From assembly GCF_001194135.2 (NCBI RefSeq), contig NC_068992.1, forward strand, positions 52,994,766 through 53,045,458: a DNA stretch of 50,693 nucleotides. The letters run 5' to 3'. Source of the DNA: Octopus bimaculoides (taxonomy: Eukaryota). Positions 50,627-50,693 of the stretch are shown here, piece by piece. The position numbers were made by a program, and so were the translations under genes. Position 1 is the first letter of the stretch. Each line of letters begins with the position of its first letter. The notes under the pieces are model-generated. The model was given only the letters and a program-made list of their open reading frames with translations. It was not told where the DNA came from and did no database searches.

Positions 50627-50693
50627 ACTTGGGGATGGTCATATTGCCAGTTTAGCCAATAAAAACACACGCACTGTATATTTGGTGTTAATT

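Overview
AT-rich, gap-riddled eukaryotic genomic DNA, most likely an Octopus intron or intergenic region. That assignment comes from my recognition of the SINE families and the extreme di-/tri-/tetranucleotide microsatellite load, not from a database search. I found no intact protein-coding gene: the long ORFs in the track are microsatellite or N-gap artefacts. The window is a transposon graveyard. It holds many copies of two tRNA-derived SINE types, three Tc1/mariner relics, an RTE-type LINE 3' end, a Helitron PIF1-helicase relic and a probable Penelope GIY-YIG relic. The most interesting signal is a set of minimal (Penelope-type) hammerhead-ribozyme motifs in short non-coding elements. The best example (15066-15415) combines a tRNA-like Pol III head, an (AAT)n spacer, a near-intact hammerhead and a tail whose inverted copy sits at its 5' end, making it a candidate ribozyme-bearing, Penelope-mobilised SINE. 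A sibling at 12614-12792 is a fold-back joined exactly at the ribozyme stem II.
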